Positions 10,088 through 18,620 of a stretch of 32,356 nt of DNA are shown here, piece after piece (position 1 is the first letter of the stretch; each line of letters begins with the position of its first letter). The DNA is from a virus (taxonomy: Duplodnaviria > Caudoviricetes), in IMG/VR virus record IMGVR_UViG_3300012921_000062, positions 1 to 32,356 of that record; one strand, written 5' to 3'. Made by a program: the position numbers and the translations under genes. The notes beneath the pieces were generated by a model. It saw only the letters and a list, made by a program, of their open reading frames with translations, had not been told where the DNA came from and did no database searches.

Positions 10088-10116
10088 CGGCGGTGATTTC
10101 GGTGAAATCACCGCCG
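10088..10116. promoter_or_regulatory. Perfect 13-bp inverted repeat CGGCGGTGATTTC-GGT-GAAATCACCGCCG upstream of the tail tube gene
   Basis: Read directly; the core recurs at 14496-14512 and 18241-18257. Confidence 0.55.
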
Positions 10117-10539
10117 TCGCGAGATGTAGCGCGGCGTCGAACACTGCCAGCCCTGCGGCGTCCAGCGGCAGTTGCTGGCCGTGGCCGGCATCGGCTGCGG
10201 GGTAAACCGAACGGCTGGCAGGGGGGGCGACGGAGCGGCCGTCATCTCGGGCGGCACAGGTCGCTTGGCCATGACCTCGAACGACAGCGCGGGCACGGCG
10301 GTCGCCATGGGTGCGGAGCGCATCGCGGCGAAGTCGATCGCCGGAACGGCCGTCAGCGGCCGGTCGGGCAGCATGGCTTGGAATGACAACTCGGCCGCGG
10401 CCGCACTCGTGGCGATCGAGCACAGCAGCGCGGCAGTGGCCACACGCACACAGCAGCCCCGCACCATCAACAGCGACGCCAGGCCAAAGGCCAGCACAGC
10501 AAAGAGCAACAGCATCATCAGAACACCCATCCTTTCCAT
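10108..10539 (-). CDS. Small membrane/secreted protein of the putative lysis cassette
   Basis: Two N-terminal hydrophobic segments, Pro/Ala linker, C-terminal C-x8-C motif. Confidence 0.6.
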   Translation of the reverse strand: MERMGVLMMLLLFAVLAFGLASLLMVRGCCVRVATAALLCSIATSAAAAELSFQAMLPDRPLTAVPAIDFAAMRSAPMATAVPALSFEVMAKRPVPPEMTAAPSPPLPAVRFTPQPMPATASNCRWTPQGWQCSTPRYISRRR

Positions 10540-10543
10540 AGAA

Positions 10544-11605
10544 TCAAGGAGCCCGCTGAGGTCGCAGCGGGGAGAAGTCGATTTCCTGAGCCGGGAAGCC
10601 CGTCACGGAACTGAAAGCCCAGAACGTGCCCCCTTGGAGCATCCATTGGAGTGTGGCCAGCGAGACTCGGAAGGAGCCCGGTGGATCTTCGCCATTGGCA
10701 GGATGTGCATCGATACCGTGCGAGTTATGCAGCACACACTGCTGACGTGCGCCATCCCAGCCGACAAAGGCCACCTGGTGCCCACCCTGGTCCGTCCCGT
10801 CGAAATGCGTGATGATCCGCCCCGATTCTGTCCGCGTGCGGCCTGGCGACCAGGTGAAGGCCGCCGTCCCCGCGTAGCCGTTTTGCAGGGCTTCGATCAG
10901 CTCGTCCACGGTGCGAATCGGATAGCAGTCGCCACCCGCGCGGGCCTTGGCCAGTCGCAGCCATTCAGCGGGCGGACCGCTGCAGCCGAGCTTGCGGGCC
11001 AGGGCTCCCGAATAGGGCTGCTGGGCCTCGCCATAGGTCAGCCAGCCCCGCGCCTTGAAACCCTCGGCACAATCATCAGGATAAGCGCCGTCACTGCGGC
11101 AGCCGGGGCGGCCACCGCCAATAGTGACTCGCATCACGCCATACTGAAACGGCTGAAACGGGTCATCGATACCGCTGGCGTTGCCCGACAGCACCGCATT
11201 GGCCAGCGTGTAATAGACCGCCGTGGCCCAGCCAAAGGAGACACAGTCGCCGATCTGCTGCGGCCCCGGGGGATAGTGCTGGCCGCGCGGCTTGCGCGGC
11301 GATTCCACCTGCAGCACGGCCTGCCAGAGCAAGGCCGATTTGCGGCGGTCCACCGCGCCGGCCACTCGAAAGGGAGCAGGATAGCGGGCCTCGGCTGCCC
11401 GGGAGACTTTCAGGAAGTCGGCAGGCAGACCCGCCTGGAACTTTTGCGGAGCCGCTGCGGCCATCACCGGCGGGTCAGGTGACTGCGGGGCTTCGGGCGG
11501 GCAACTGCGCCACACGAGTGCCGCCAGGCTGACCAGCAGGCAACAAGCCAGCAGGCGATTCAAACCCAGCTGGGACCAGGCCACACGGAATTCAAAGCGG
11601 GGCAT
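10544..11605 (-). CDS. Papain-like (C1-type) cysteine peptidase with N-terminal membrane anchor
   Basis: QQIGDCVSFG (oxyanion Q, catalytic C), GGHQVAFVG (H), HNSHG (N); hydrophobic LLACCLLVSLAALVW; alternative start 11614. Confidence 0.85.
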   Translation of the reverse strand: MPRFEFRVAWSQLGLNRLLACCLLVSLAALVWRSCPPEAPQSPDPPVMAAAAPQKFQAGLPADFLKVSRAAEARYPAPFRVAGAVDRRKSALLWQAVLQVESPRKPRGQHYPPGPQQIGDCVSFGWATAVYYTLANAVLSGNASGIDDPFQPFQYGVMRVTIGGGRPGCRSDGAYPDDCAEGFKARGWLTYGEAQQPYSGALARKLGCSGPPAEWLRLAKARAGGDCYPIRTVDELIEALQNGYAGTAAFTWSPGRTRTESGRIITHFDGTDQGGHQVAFVGWDGARQQCVLHNSHGIDAHPANGEDPPGSFRVSLATLQWMLQGGTFWAFSSVTGFPAQEIDFSPLRPQRAP

Positions 11606-11644
11606 GCGGACCATCCTTGGTCAAAGGGAAGAATGACAAACAAT

Positions 11645-12610
11645 TCACTTCGCCGCAGCGTTCAGTCCCGTGAGCGACTCTTCTGCCAAGGTCTTCCACT
11701 GCGCCATCGTCGGCAGTTGTCCCGACGTGTAGAGTTTGATCACTTTGTCCGTGAAGGCCGTGCGGGCATCATTCCAGGCTGTGGGCAGGCACTCGTTGAA
11801 TGCGGCACCGATCGCATTTACGACCGCCTGCGGCGTGGTCAGCTTCTTGTCCTCGATATCAGACGCCAGTTGCGACACTTTGCCCGCCAGGCACAGAGTC
11901 TCACTGCGGCGGTTGCTGGAGTTGACGAACTTCACCAGGTCATAGGTCGCCTGGGCCATGCCGAACTCGCCCACGGGAAAGGTGGGCTCCGGATCCGGCT
12001 GCGGAGTCGGATCCGGAGTGGGGGTGGGTTGCGGCGGCGGCGCGGGGGCGGGTTTCGGGGTGGGAACGGGAGGCGTGGGCGGGACATACGAATCACCCGG
12101 CACGAAGAAATCGTGATAACGCAGCACGGGCTCCTGACCAGGCACGGCGACCGAGACAATCAGTTTGTACATGCCGGACATTGTGTTCATGCGGGCGATG
12201 CGTCCCCCCTCTTTGGCTTCGAGCAGGGGCAAGTCGTCGCGCTTCGGGAAATGGTCCCAGGCAATGCGCGTCCCCTCGGGCAAGTCCCCTTGCACATAGA
12301 GGTCGCAGGGATAGCCCGGCACGGGCACAGAAGAAGGCCCGACGATGCGAATGTTATCGGCGGCCACGGCCTGACCCGCCAGCCCGCACAGCAGCAGAGC
12401 GGGGAGCAGCTTCTGCCACATCGCGGTCGTGATCGCGGAGCCGAGATGGCTCTGCACTGATTTGAGGACCGTATTGACCAGGACAGGGATCCCGGCCGCG
12501 AGAATCGGCGTCCAGACCGGACCGAAGTCCGTCGACGTAAAGAACTGAATCACATAAGTGGCCAGCACGCCGGACAGACCGAGCAGAAACGATTTGATGT
12601 AAGTCGACAC
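11645..12610 (-). CDS. Holin-like two-TM domain fused to a signal-peptide-bearing Pro-rich exported protein
   Basis: GTG 12610 with GGAG RBS; two short TM helices, then MWQKLLPALLLCGLAGQAVA signal-like peptide (ATG 12421), a beta domain, a PxPxP linker and a helical C-terminal domain. Confidence 0.6.
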   Translation of the reverse strand: MSTYIKSFLLGLSGVLATYVIQFFTSTDFGPVWTPILAAGIPVLVNTVLKSVQSHLGSAITTAMWQKLLPALLLCGLAGQAVAADNIRIVGPSSVPVPGYPCDLYVQGDLPEGTRIAWDHFPKRDDLPLLEAKEGGRIARMNTMSGMYKLIVSVAVPGQEPVLRYHDFFVPGDSYVPPTPPVPTPKPAPAPPPQPTPTPDPTPQPDPEPTFPVGEFGMAQATYDLVKFVNSSNRRSETLCLAGKVSQLASDIEDKKLTTPQAVVNAIGAAFNECLPTAWNDARTAFTDKVIKLYTSGQLPTMAQWKTLAEESLTGLNAAAK

Positions 12611-12614
12611 AGCG

Positions 12615-13169
12615 TCACTCCATGGAGTTGCGGTAGAGTTCGGGAAAGTTATCGATCTCGGCATCCAGGGCCGGGCGCATGTAAGGCCGCGGCTCGATGT
12701 AAACTTGGCGACCCAGTCGCTGGCTGGTCACGTACCCGCCAAACTCCAAGGCCTGCGGAGCGGATCCCGAGGTGCCATTGAGCTTGGCCGGTCCCACCAC
12801 CACGGAGCGGCGACTGGGGTCATACACGAAGTAAATGTGATCGCGGAGCAGACCCCAGATCGAGCGGGGCGGCTCGCCGGGTTTACTGTGGGCGAACCAC
12901 CAGATGCGGGGCTTGGCTCGCCCCTCACGCTGGGCACGGTCGACAGCAGCGTAGTAGGCGATCCGTTCCTGCGGATCGAGTTCCGACTCGCGTTTCCGCC
13001 GGGCCTTGCGGATGCTGCTGCGGGAGCGACGACGGACGAAAGCCCCCGCCTTGCTGAGGCGATTCTTCTCGCCCCGATCCAGGCTGCGAATCACGCGCTC
13101 ACGGTCGAAGAAAAACCGCCCGACCGAAGCCCCCACTCGGTTGCCGAGTTGTCCGGAGAAAAACGTCAT
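12615..13169 (-). CDS. Neck/tail completion protein (HK97 gp10/virion morphogenesis-like)
   Basis: Basic protein; SKPGEPP..G.LR..I, LEFGG and IEPRPYMRPAL motifs; ATGA overlap with the upstream gene. Confidence 0.75.
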   Translation of the reverse strand: MTFFSGQLGNRVGASVGRFFFDRERVIRSLDRGEKNRLSKAGAFVRRRSRSSIRKARRKRESELDPQERIAYYAAVDRAQREGRAKPRIWWFAHSKPGEPPRSIWGLLRDHIYFVYDPSRRSVVVGPAKLNGTSGSAPQALEFGGYVTSQRLGRQVYIEPRPYMRPALDAEIDNFPELYRNSME

Positions 13170-13609
13170 GGCGCCTCCTCCGGCGGGCTGTAACCGAGCA
13201 GGCACTCCACGCTGACGAAGGCTAGAAACACCCGCGTCTTGGAGAGGGCTTCCAGGTCATAACGCGGCACCATGCTCCGCCGAATGACCCGCGCACCGGC
13301 GAGCCGGAGTTCCCGGCAGAAGTCGTGGATCTCACGCACGAGGTGCAGCAGGGGATCAATCGTTTCGCTGCCTGTGCTGCCCACCTTCTGGTGGATGGCG
13401 ATCATCAGGCCGTGGGTTTCCTCGTCCGCATAGCGGGTGTCGAGTTTGCTTTCCGTCCCAACCATCAGCACTGTGACGGACAGCTCCTCGGACGTAGTCA
13501 ACTGCTTGCGCTCGAGGTAACGACGCACCGCCGTGAACTCCGCCGAAAACGCATGAGCGTTCAAGGCGGTCACCAGAGCCTCGGCGATATCGATGATCGG
13601 TTCACTCAT
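13166..13609 (-). CDS. Tail terminator-like protein
   Basis: 147 aa in the neck cluster; ATGA coupling; position-based call. Confidence 0.6.
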   Translation of the reverse strand: MSEPIIDIAEALVTALNAHAFSAEFTAVRRYLERKQLTTSEELSVTVLMVGTESKLDTRYADEETHGLMIAIHQKVGSTGSETIDPLLHLVREIHDFCRELRLAGARVIRRSMVPRYDLEALSKTRVFLAFVSVECLLGYSPPEEAP

Positions 13610-13974
13610 CGCTGCACCGTATGGAGACGGAAGCCGCTGCGGTTGCTCGCCAGCGGCTCCCAGACGTGGTCATTCATGCCCGGCGAGACCATCCAGGTCT
13701 CGGCCGGCACACCATCCACGACACCCACGAGGATCAGGTCACCCACCTCGGGCTGCGTGGCCTCGCCATCGAGCACGTAATCGGCCAGGAAGCCGATCCA
13801 GTCGCGCTCGCCCCATTGCCGCGTAAAGCCGTGCTGCCCCTGGGCGGCGTTGTCCTGGTCGGCGGGCATCAGGCGGAGTTCCGCCTGCAGTTCGCCGCGC
13901 TGCAGGACCACGTCGAGACCGCCCACACGCAGCAGCGTGCGGAGCGGCCCTTCGGTAAAGAAATCCAGCGACAT
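13606..13974 (-). CDS. Head closure/head-tail joining protein (gpFII-like)
   Basis: 122 aa, beta-rich with PEVGDLI motif; follows the capsid genes. Confidence 0.65.
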   Translation of the reverse strand: MSLDFFTEGPLRTLLRVGGLDVVLQRGELQAELRLMPADQDNAAQGQHGFTRQWGERDWIGFLADYVLDGEATQPEVGDLILVGVVDGVPAETWMVSPGMNDHVWEPLASNRSGFRLHTVQR

Positions 13975-14008
13975 GACACAGACTCCCGGGGCCAGGCGGC
14001 CGGACCGA

Positions 14009-14416
14009 TCAGAACATGAGCGACACGGTGAACGACTTGTCCGAGGCGTCGCCGGCGTCGCTGTTGGTGGCTTTCACCCGCACGTAGCGATTCACGTTCG
14101 AGGGCAGTCGAAAGCGGGCCGAAGCGGCCGCGGCTCCGGCCCCGCCAGCGCCGGTTTGCACCAGGACTTCCTTCGCGATGGCGACCGCTGTGCCAAACGC
14201 CGGGTCCGTGTCATGCTCGATCGAGTATTTCATCGTGTCGGCATCGCCCAGGTCGGCCGTCACCAATGCGGGAGCCTCAATCAGCAGTTCGCACGGAGCC
14301 AGGAAATCCCCGTTGCTGCCGTGTCCGAGATCGAAGCCATCGGTCGACGTGGAGCCCGCACCGTTGGGCAGGGCCTTGGTTTGAATGAGTTGCGCGTCAC
14401 GCACTCCGAATTCCAT
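14009..14416 (-). CDS. Capsid cement/decoration protein (Bbp16-like)
   Basis: D..L...AL....STDGFDL N-terminus and LPSNVNRYVRV C-terminus; directly after the major capsid gene. Confidence 0.7.
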   Translation of the reverse strand: MEFGVRDAQLIQTKALPNGAGSTSTDGFDLGHGSNGDFLAPCELLIEAPALVTADLGDADTMKYSIEHDTDPAFGTAVAIAKEVLVQTGAGGAGAAAASARFRLPSNVNRYVRVKATNSDAGDASDKSFTVSLMF

Positions 14417-14440
14417 GATGATCGCCTTTCAGGTGGCCAG

Positions 14441-14466
14441 GTGACCGGCGGTTGCCCGCCGGTCAC
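14441..14466 (-). other. 11-bp stem hairpin with GCAA (GNRA) tetraloop after the major capsid gene
   Basis: GTGACCGGCGG/CCGCCGGTCAC perfect stem; no U-tract follows, so more likely an mRNA stabiliser than a terminator. Confidence 0.6.
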
Positions 14467-14509
14467 GGGAAGTTACAAGAACAAAGAGAGTCCGCTGATT
14501 ACGCCGAAA

Positions 14510-15421
14510 TCAGGCGATGGCTTCGGTGTCGACGATGGAATCCGTGGGCACGAGCGGAATGCCGTCGAAGTCCTGTGGCGTGGGCACTTCCTTGCCGGTT
14601 TCGGTGGTCGCCGTACGGCTCTTCCGCAGCTGCGTAATCGAGCGTCGAGACGCGAAGATCACATCCGGCTTCCAGCCCACCGGGAACTTGGCCATCGCAT
14701 CAGCCATCAGGGCGTCGGTCAGGCCCTTACCGGCCTGGGCCGTCAGATTCTTGATCCGCACCACGCTGTTGAGGCTGGCCAGCTTGAGGCCGATCCACGC
14801 CAGCATTTCCTGGTGATAGACGGTCATCTTCTTGCCGTTGGAGTCGGTCTCCACGACCTCCTTGACGTCGGACAGCTTCAGTTCGGCGTTGTTCCCGTAG
14901 AGGAACTGCAGACCCATCGGACCCCACTTCACAAACCACACGCTGGAGCCGGTGTCGGCCGTGGTGCCGGTGGCATCGACCGTCATCGCATCGGCGTTGT
15001 ACATCGCCAGGAGCCCGGGGAACCCCTTCGCATCGTTGCCGGTGCCGTAATAGAACTGCTTGCCGACGTGAATGAACTGTCCCATCGTGATGCCCGAGGC
15101 CTCGGTCGCGATGTAGGACGCGGCCCCGTCCTCGTGGGCATCAGCGACGGCCTTATCGCAAGTCCAGATAGGGTTGGCGATGAAGCAATTGAAGAGCCGC
15201 TCCTCGAAATTCGATTTGACGGGGGCCGTCCCCTCATTCGCATTGCGGAAGCTGCCCCCGGGCAGGGCGGTGCGGACGTTTTGCTTGTACTGGATCCCCT
15301 TGATGGGCCGCGACGCCCCCATCCGGATCTCCGGCACCGCCAGTTGGACTTCGTCCACGAGAGCCGACAGGCCCTCACTGCCGAGAGATTTCGCGATATC
15401 GAGCAACGTAGGCAGAGGCAT
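14510..15421 (-). CDS. Major capsid protein
   Basis: 303 aa; PTLLDIAK, VRTALP...FRNANEG, FYYGTGNDAKGFPGL and GIPLVPTDSI..TEA resemble BPP-1-type HK97-fold capsid proteins. Confidence 0.9.
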   Translation of the reverse strand: MPLPTLLDIAKSLGSEGLSALVDEVQLAVPEIRMGASRPIKGIQYKQNVRTALPGGSFRNANEGTAPVKSNFEERLFNCFIANPIWTCDKAVADAHEDGAASYIATEASGITMGQFIHVGKQFYYGTGNDAKGFPGLLAMYNADAMTVDATGTTADTGSSVWFVKWGPMGLQFLYGNNAELKLSDVKEVVETDSNGKKMTVYHQEMLAWIGLKLASLNSVVRIKNLTAQAGKGLTDALMADAMAKFPVGWKPDVIFASRRSITQLRKSRTATTETGKEVPTPQDFDGIPLVPTDSIVDTEAIA

Positions 15422-15505
15422 GACAGCATCCTTGCGGGTGATAAGTGAGAATCAGTGCTCCCGGTCCCACAGTCGCAGTGATCACACATCCGCAGTGCCC
15501 GCGGA

Positions 15506-16549
15506 TCAGGCTTGCCCGGGCAGCTTGATCGCGGCCGCGAACTTGGCTTGATTGTCGGTGAGCCCCGCGAAGGTGTTTTTGAATGGGGCTTTGCCGGGAT
15601 CCGGCGGTGGCGTGGTGCTGACGGGCGTGCTGCCACCCATGCTCCCGGCCGCAGCCTCTTTGAGCGCCGTCATCTGCGACGTATGCTCATCTTCCTTCTT
15701 TTGCAGTTCGGCGGCGTATTCCGTCTTGGCCTTCTCCAGGTCCGCCGACAGCTGCGTGATCTGCGAGGACAACTCCGTAATCTTGGTGTCCTTGGTTTCA
15801 GACTCGGCCTTCATGTCGGCGGCGAACTGGGTGAAGCAATCCTCAAACGGCTTGCCTTCGGCGTACCACACGCCCCCCTTGGCTCCGAAGGTGGCGAGAT
15901 AGTCCTTGCCGGTTTTGCCCGGCGTGTCGGCGGTCTTGGTGCTCACGGGAGCATCCCCTTTCTGGAAAATGGAAACAGAGACCTCGCCGGGTTCACCGGC
16001 ACCGAATTGCAGCGACGTGTTGGCATCCGCCCCGTAGGGCAGAGTCGCGACACCCCACAGTTCCCAACTGCGGAAGATATTGAGCGGCCCCTCGACGGGG
16101 ACGCCGTTGACTTCCGCCGTGTACCCTTCCGGGAGAAACTCAACCTGGAGTCCTTCCCAGTTGGTCGTGATGCTGGCTTCGTAGGGCACACCGGCCTTAC
16201 GTTTGCCTGCGACTTCATACGCGCGGTCACCCTCTTTGAGGCTGACCATGGCTCCCCCGAGACGCAGGGTGTTGTCCCGCAGTTCAATGCGGTCCGCGAA
16301 GCCGATCACGTCCGAGGGGTTGTGGCAGTAGTCGACCGAGATCGAGGGCTTCGGTTGCACCATGCCCGCGAAGTCATGGACGCAGCGGCCCCAAAACGGG
16401 TGATAGGCCACGCCCCCGGTGCGGGCGAGCATCTCAAACGGATAGAGCGTCGTGCCATCGTGCTGAGACTGTGGCACCTCGGCAGCCGCAAACTCGGCGG
16501 CGAACCGCAGGGCCGACCGGGGCACGGGACGTAATTCAGGCTGCGGCAT
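15506..16549 (-). CDS. Prohead protease fused to scaffold domain
   Basis: VDYCH...IG and GVPYEASI motifs (H and S), GADANTS; C-terminal coiled coil; start trimmed to ATG 16549. Confidence 0.8.
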   Translation of the reverse strand: MPQPELRPVPRSALRFAAEFAAAEVPQSQHDGTTLYPFEMLARTGGVAYHPFWGRCVHDFAGMVQPKPSISVDYCHNPSDVIGFADRIELRDNTLRLGGAMVSLKEGDRAYEVAGKRKAGVPYEASITTNWEGLQVEFLPEGYTAEVNGVPVEGPLNIFRSWELWGVATLPYGADANTSLQFGAGEPGEVSVSIFQKGDAPVSTKTADTPGKTGKDYLATFGAKGGVWYAEGKPFEDCFTQFAADMKAESETKDTKITELSSQITQLSADLEKAKTEYAAELQKKEDEHTSQMTALKEAAAGSMGGSTPVSTTPPPDPGKAPFKNTFAGLTDNQAKFAAAIKLPGQA

Positions 16550-17981
16550 GGGCGGCCATCTCCCGAATGAGGGCGTTGTCGGGGCTGACGTTGGTCGGCA
16601 GACCCAGAGACTCCAGCAACTGATTCTCGGCGGAGAGCTCGCGGGCGATGGTCTCAAAGTCCTCGCCGCGGGATTTCATCAGCCGCGTACGGGACGTGAG
16701 CGCACCCGAGAGCGCGGCCAAGTCGCCCTGCACCTCTTTGAGGGGGTCAATCCATGGCAGGCCCACGGCCACCCATTCCCATTGCAGTTGCTCCAGCGGC
16801 ATGATGGGGAGCAACCCCTGCAGCATCATCAGGCGGAGCCGCCAGGCGGTCAGAAAGTCGAGCATTTGCCGCACGTTAGCACGCTTGATTTGGGCGGATT
16901 GCTCGTACTGAAGCAGCGCCTGTCGGGCACCGCTGTAGTTAGTGAAGTTCTCCGCAAAGAACGAGTACGGGATGTCCAGGGCCTTGAGGATCAGTTGCAG
17001 CAGCAACTGCGTGAAACTCTGAAACTCCGAACTCGGCGTCTTGGATTCGAGGAATTCGGCTTTGTCGCCGATGTCCAGGTCGAGAATGATCGGCTTTTTG
17101 CCCAGCTTGATCTGGGTATAGTCCTGACCCGCTTCCCGCTCCTCGGACGTGACACTGGTCGGATCGCCACGATAGAACGCCAAGGCAAACAACTGGTGAA
17201 TCTTCATCCGGCACAGGGCCAGATCGAGGCCTTCGTACAGATCAATCAGCGAATTGAGAGCCGGTGCCAGCGGGGAAATCCCGCGCACCTGGTCGAACCG
17301 CTCGAAGTAGCCGTGCAGGTACAGGTGCGATGCAGGCAACATCCGCTCGAACACGAAATCCTGACCGTTCGGCGCAAAGTCCGAGGCCTTGCTGCGCTTC
17401 GTGATGCAGTATTGCTGTGCCCGGCCGTAATCGTCGATTTCCACGCCGTGGATGACATTCTCCGGATTGACGCCGAGCGGCAGACCTCCGATCGGCGTGC
17501 GGACGCGGTCCCCCTCGATGCCTTGCACGTGACCATCCCGCAGCAGATGCAGCCCGCAATCGCCATCCACCACCGCCCGGCATTCCGCCATGCGGATCAT
17601 GGCCATCAGCCCCAGTCGGGCCGCCACGTCGCATTGATCGCGCCGCGACCACTCCCTGATGCGGCGTTCGATGAGCTTATTCAGCTCAGAGTTTCCCGTT
17701 TTCGCCTGAAAATTGAACGTCGTCACATAATCCAGGTGGCGGCGAATCATCCAGCCGGCGGTGGGGAAATTGCGGGGAATGTCGCGCGTCTGGCTCAGCA
17801 GCTTGCGACGCTCCAGCGGCGGCAGTTCATGGTCTTCCGACCGCAGAATTCCGGTTGCGGGACGCCGCTTCCCCTCGCTGCTGGCCGCGTCATAGCCGAA
17901 CAGATTGATGCCGTGAGCCGTATACCGGGAGTCGACGTCGATCATGCCGCAGGCTGCGGCGATGTTGGCCGCAACCATCAA
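16536..17981 (-). CDS. Portal protein, lambda gpB family
   Basis: YDAA...R, R.DQVRGISPLAP, NYSGARQALL and WIDPLKE motifs. Confidence 0.95.
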   Translation of the reverse strand: MMVAANIAAACGMIDVDSRYTAHGINLFGYDAASSEGKRRPATGILRSEDHELPPLERRKLLSQTRDIPRNFPTAGWMIRRHLDYVTTFNFQAKTGNSELNKLIERRIREWSRRDQCDVAARLGLMAMIRMAECRAVVDGDCGLHLLRDGHVQGIEGDRVRTPIGGLPLGVNPENVIHGVEIDDYGRAQQYCITKRSKASDFAPNGQDFVFERMLPASHLYLHGYFERFDQVRGISPLAPALNSLIDLYEGLDLALCRMKIHQLFALAFYRGDPTSVTSEEREAGQDYTQIKLGKKPIILDLDIGDKAEFLESKTPSSEFQSFTQLLLQLILKALDIPYSFFAENFTNYSGARQALLQYEQSAQIKRANVRQMLDFLTAWRLRLMMLQGLLPIMPLEQLQWEWVAVGLPWIDPLKEVQGDLAALSGALTSRTRLMKSRGEDFETIARELSAENQLLESLGLPTNVSPDNALIREMAAHAAA

Positions 17982-18193
17982 ACCACTCCTCGGAAATCGA
18001 CCTCGATCAGCTGCGACCGCTTGCCCTGCTCTTTCGCGACCCGACGTTCCCAGTAGTCCAACTGCTTCTGCAGGTCGCCATAGCTGACCACCTGCCCCGC
18101 GATTGTGACGGAGGCCAGGCCAGCGGACTCCAGCAGCGTCTGCTGGAGTTTCGTGACCATCTGCTCGGCAAAAGTCGGTTCAGGTTCGGGCAT
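17978..18193 (-). CDS. Head-tail adaptor (gpW-like)
   Basis: 71 aa; SVTIAGQVVSYGDL; immediately upstream of the portal; start ATG 18193. Confidence 0.75.
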   Translation of the reverse strand: MPEPEPTFAEQMVTKLQQTLLESAGLASVTIAGQVVSYGDLQKQLDYWERRVAKEQGKRSQLIEVDFRGVV

Positions 18194-18276
18194 GCCCTGT
18201 TGATAGAATTGGCACCATCCGACCGGGAAGCCGAAGGCGGTGATTTCAGCGAAATCAGTCACGGAAAATCATCGCG

Positions 18277-18606
18277 TTAAGATGATCTCTCCGTTTTGCG
18301 GTTCTCAAAGCAACGATCCTTGCGGGCTTGACCGCAGGCGGCACACTTCGTCGATCGCCACAGGATGTGCGTGTAGGGCCGATGGTCGGATGTCACTCCG
18401 CTGATCTCCCGTTCGACCGTGTTGGTGTAGGCCGTGCGCTCGGTGGAGTGGCATTTGCGACAGTGCGAGACCTTCACGTCGACCACCTCGGTGACGTTGG
18501 GGCCGCGAGATTTCGCCGCTGGGGGCTTGGCCGGCGTGGACGTGGTTTGGGCCACCGGTGGGGATTGGGGCTTCCGGGGCTGCGTTTGCGGGGGCTTCTT
18601 GGCCAT
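18277..18606 (-). CDS. Zinc-ribbon protein, possible late transcription regulator
   Basis: CRKC...CAAC pair with a basic Pro-rich N-terminus; between terL and the head genes. Confidence 0.6.
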   Translation of the reverse strand: MAKKPPQTQPRKPQSPPVAQTTSTPAKPPAAKSRGPNVTEVVDVKVSHCRKCHSTERTAYTNTVEREISGVTSDHRPYTHILWRSTKCAACGQARKDRCFENRKTERSS

Positions 18607-18620
18607 GTGAGCATCCTTTG

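Noticed and set aside
11985-12085. G-rich repetitive DNA as a regulatory repeat or G-quadruplex
   Set aside because: Explained by Pro codons of the PxPxP linker on the minus strand
1323-15421. Diversity-generating retroelement, suggested by the BPP-1-like capsid
   Set aside because: No reverse transcriptase and no template/variable repeat pair noticed in the window
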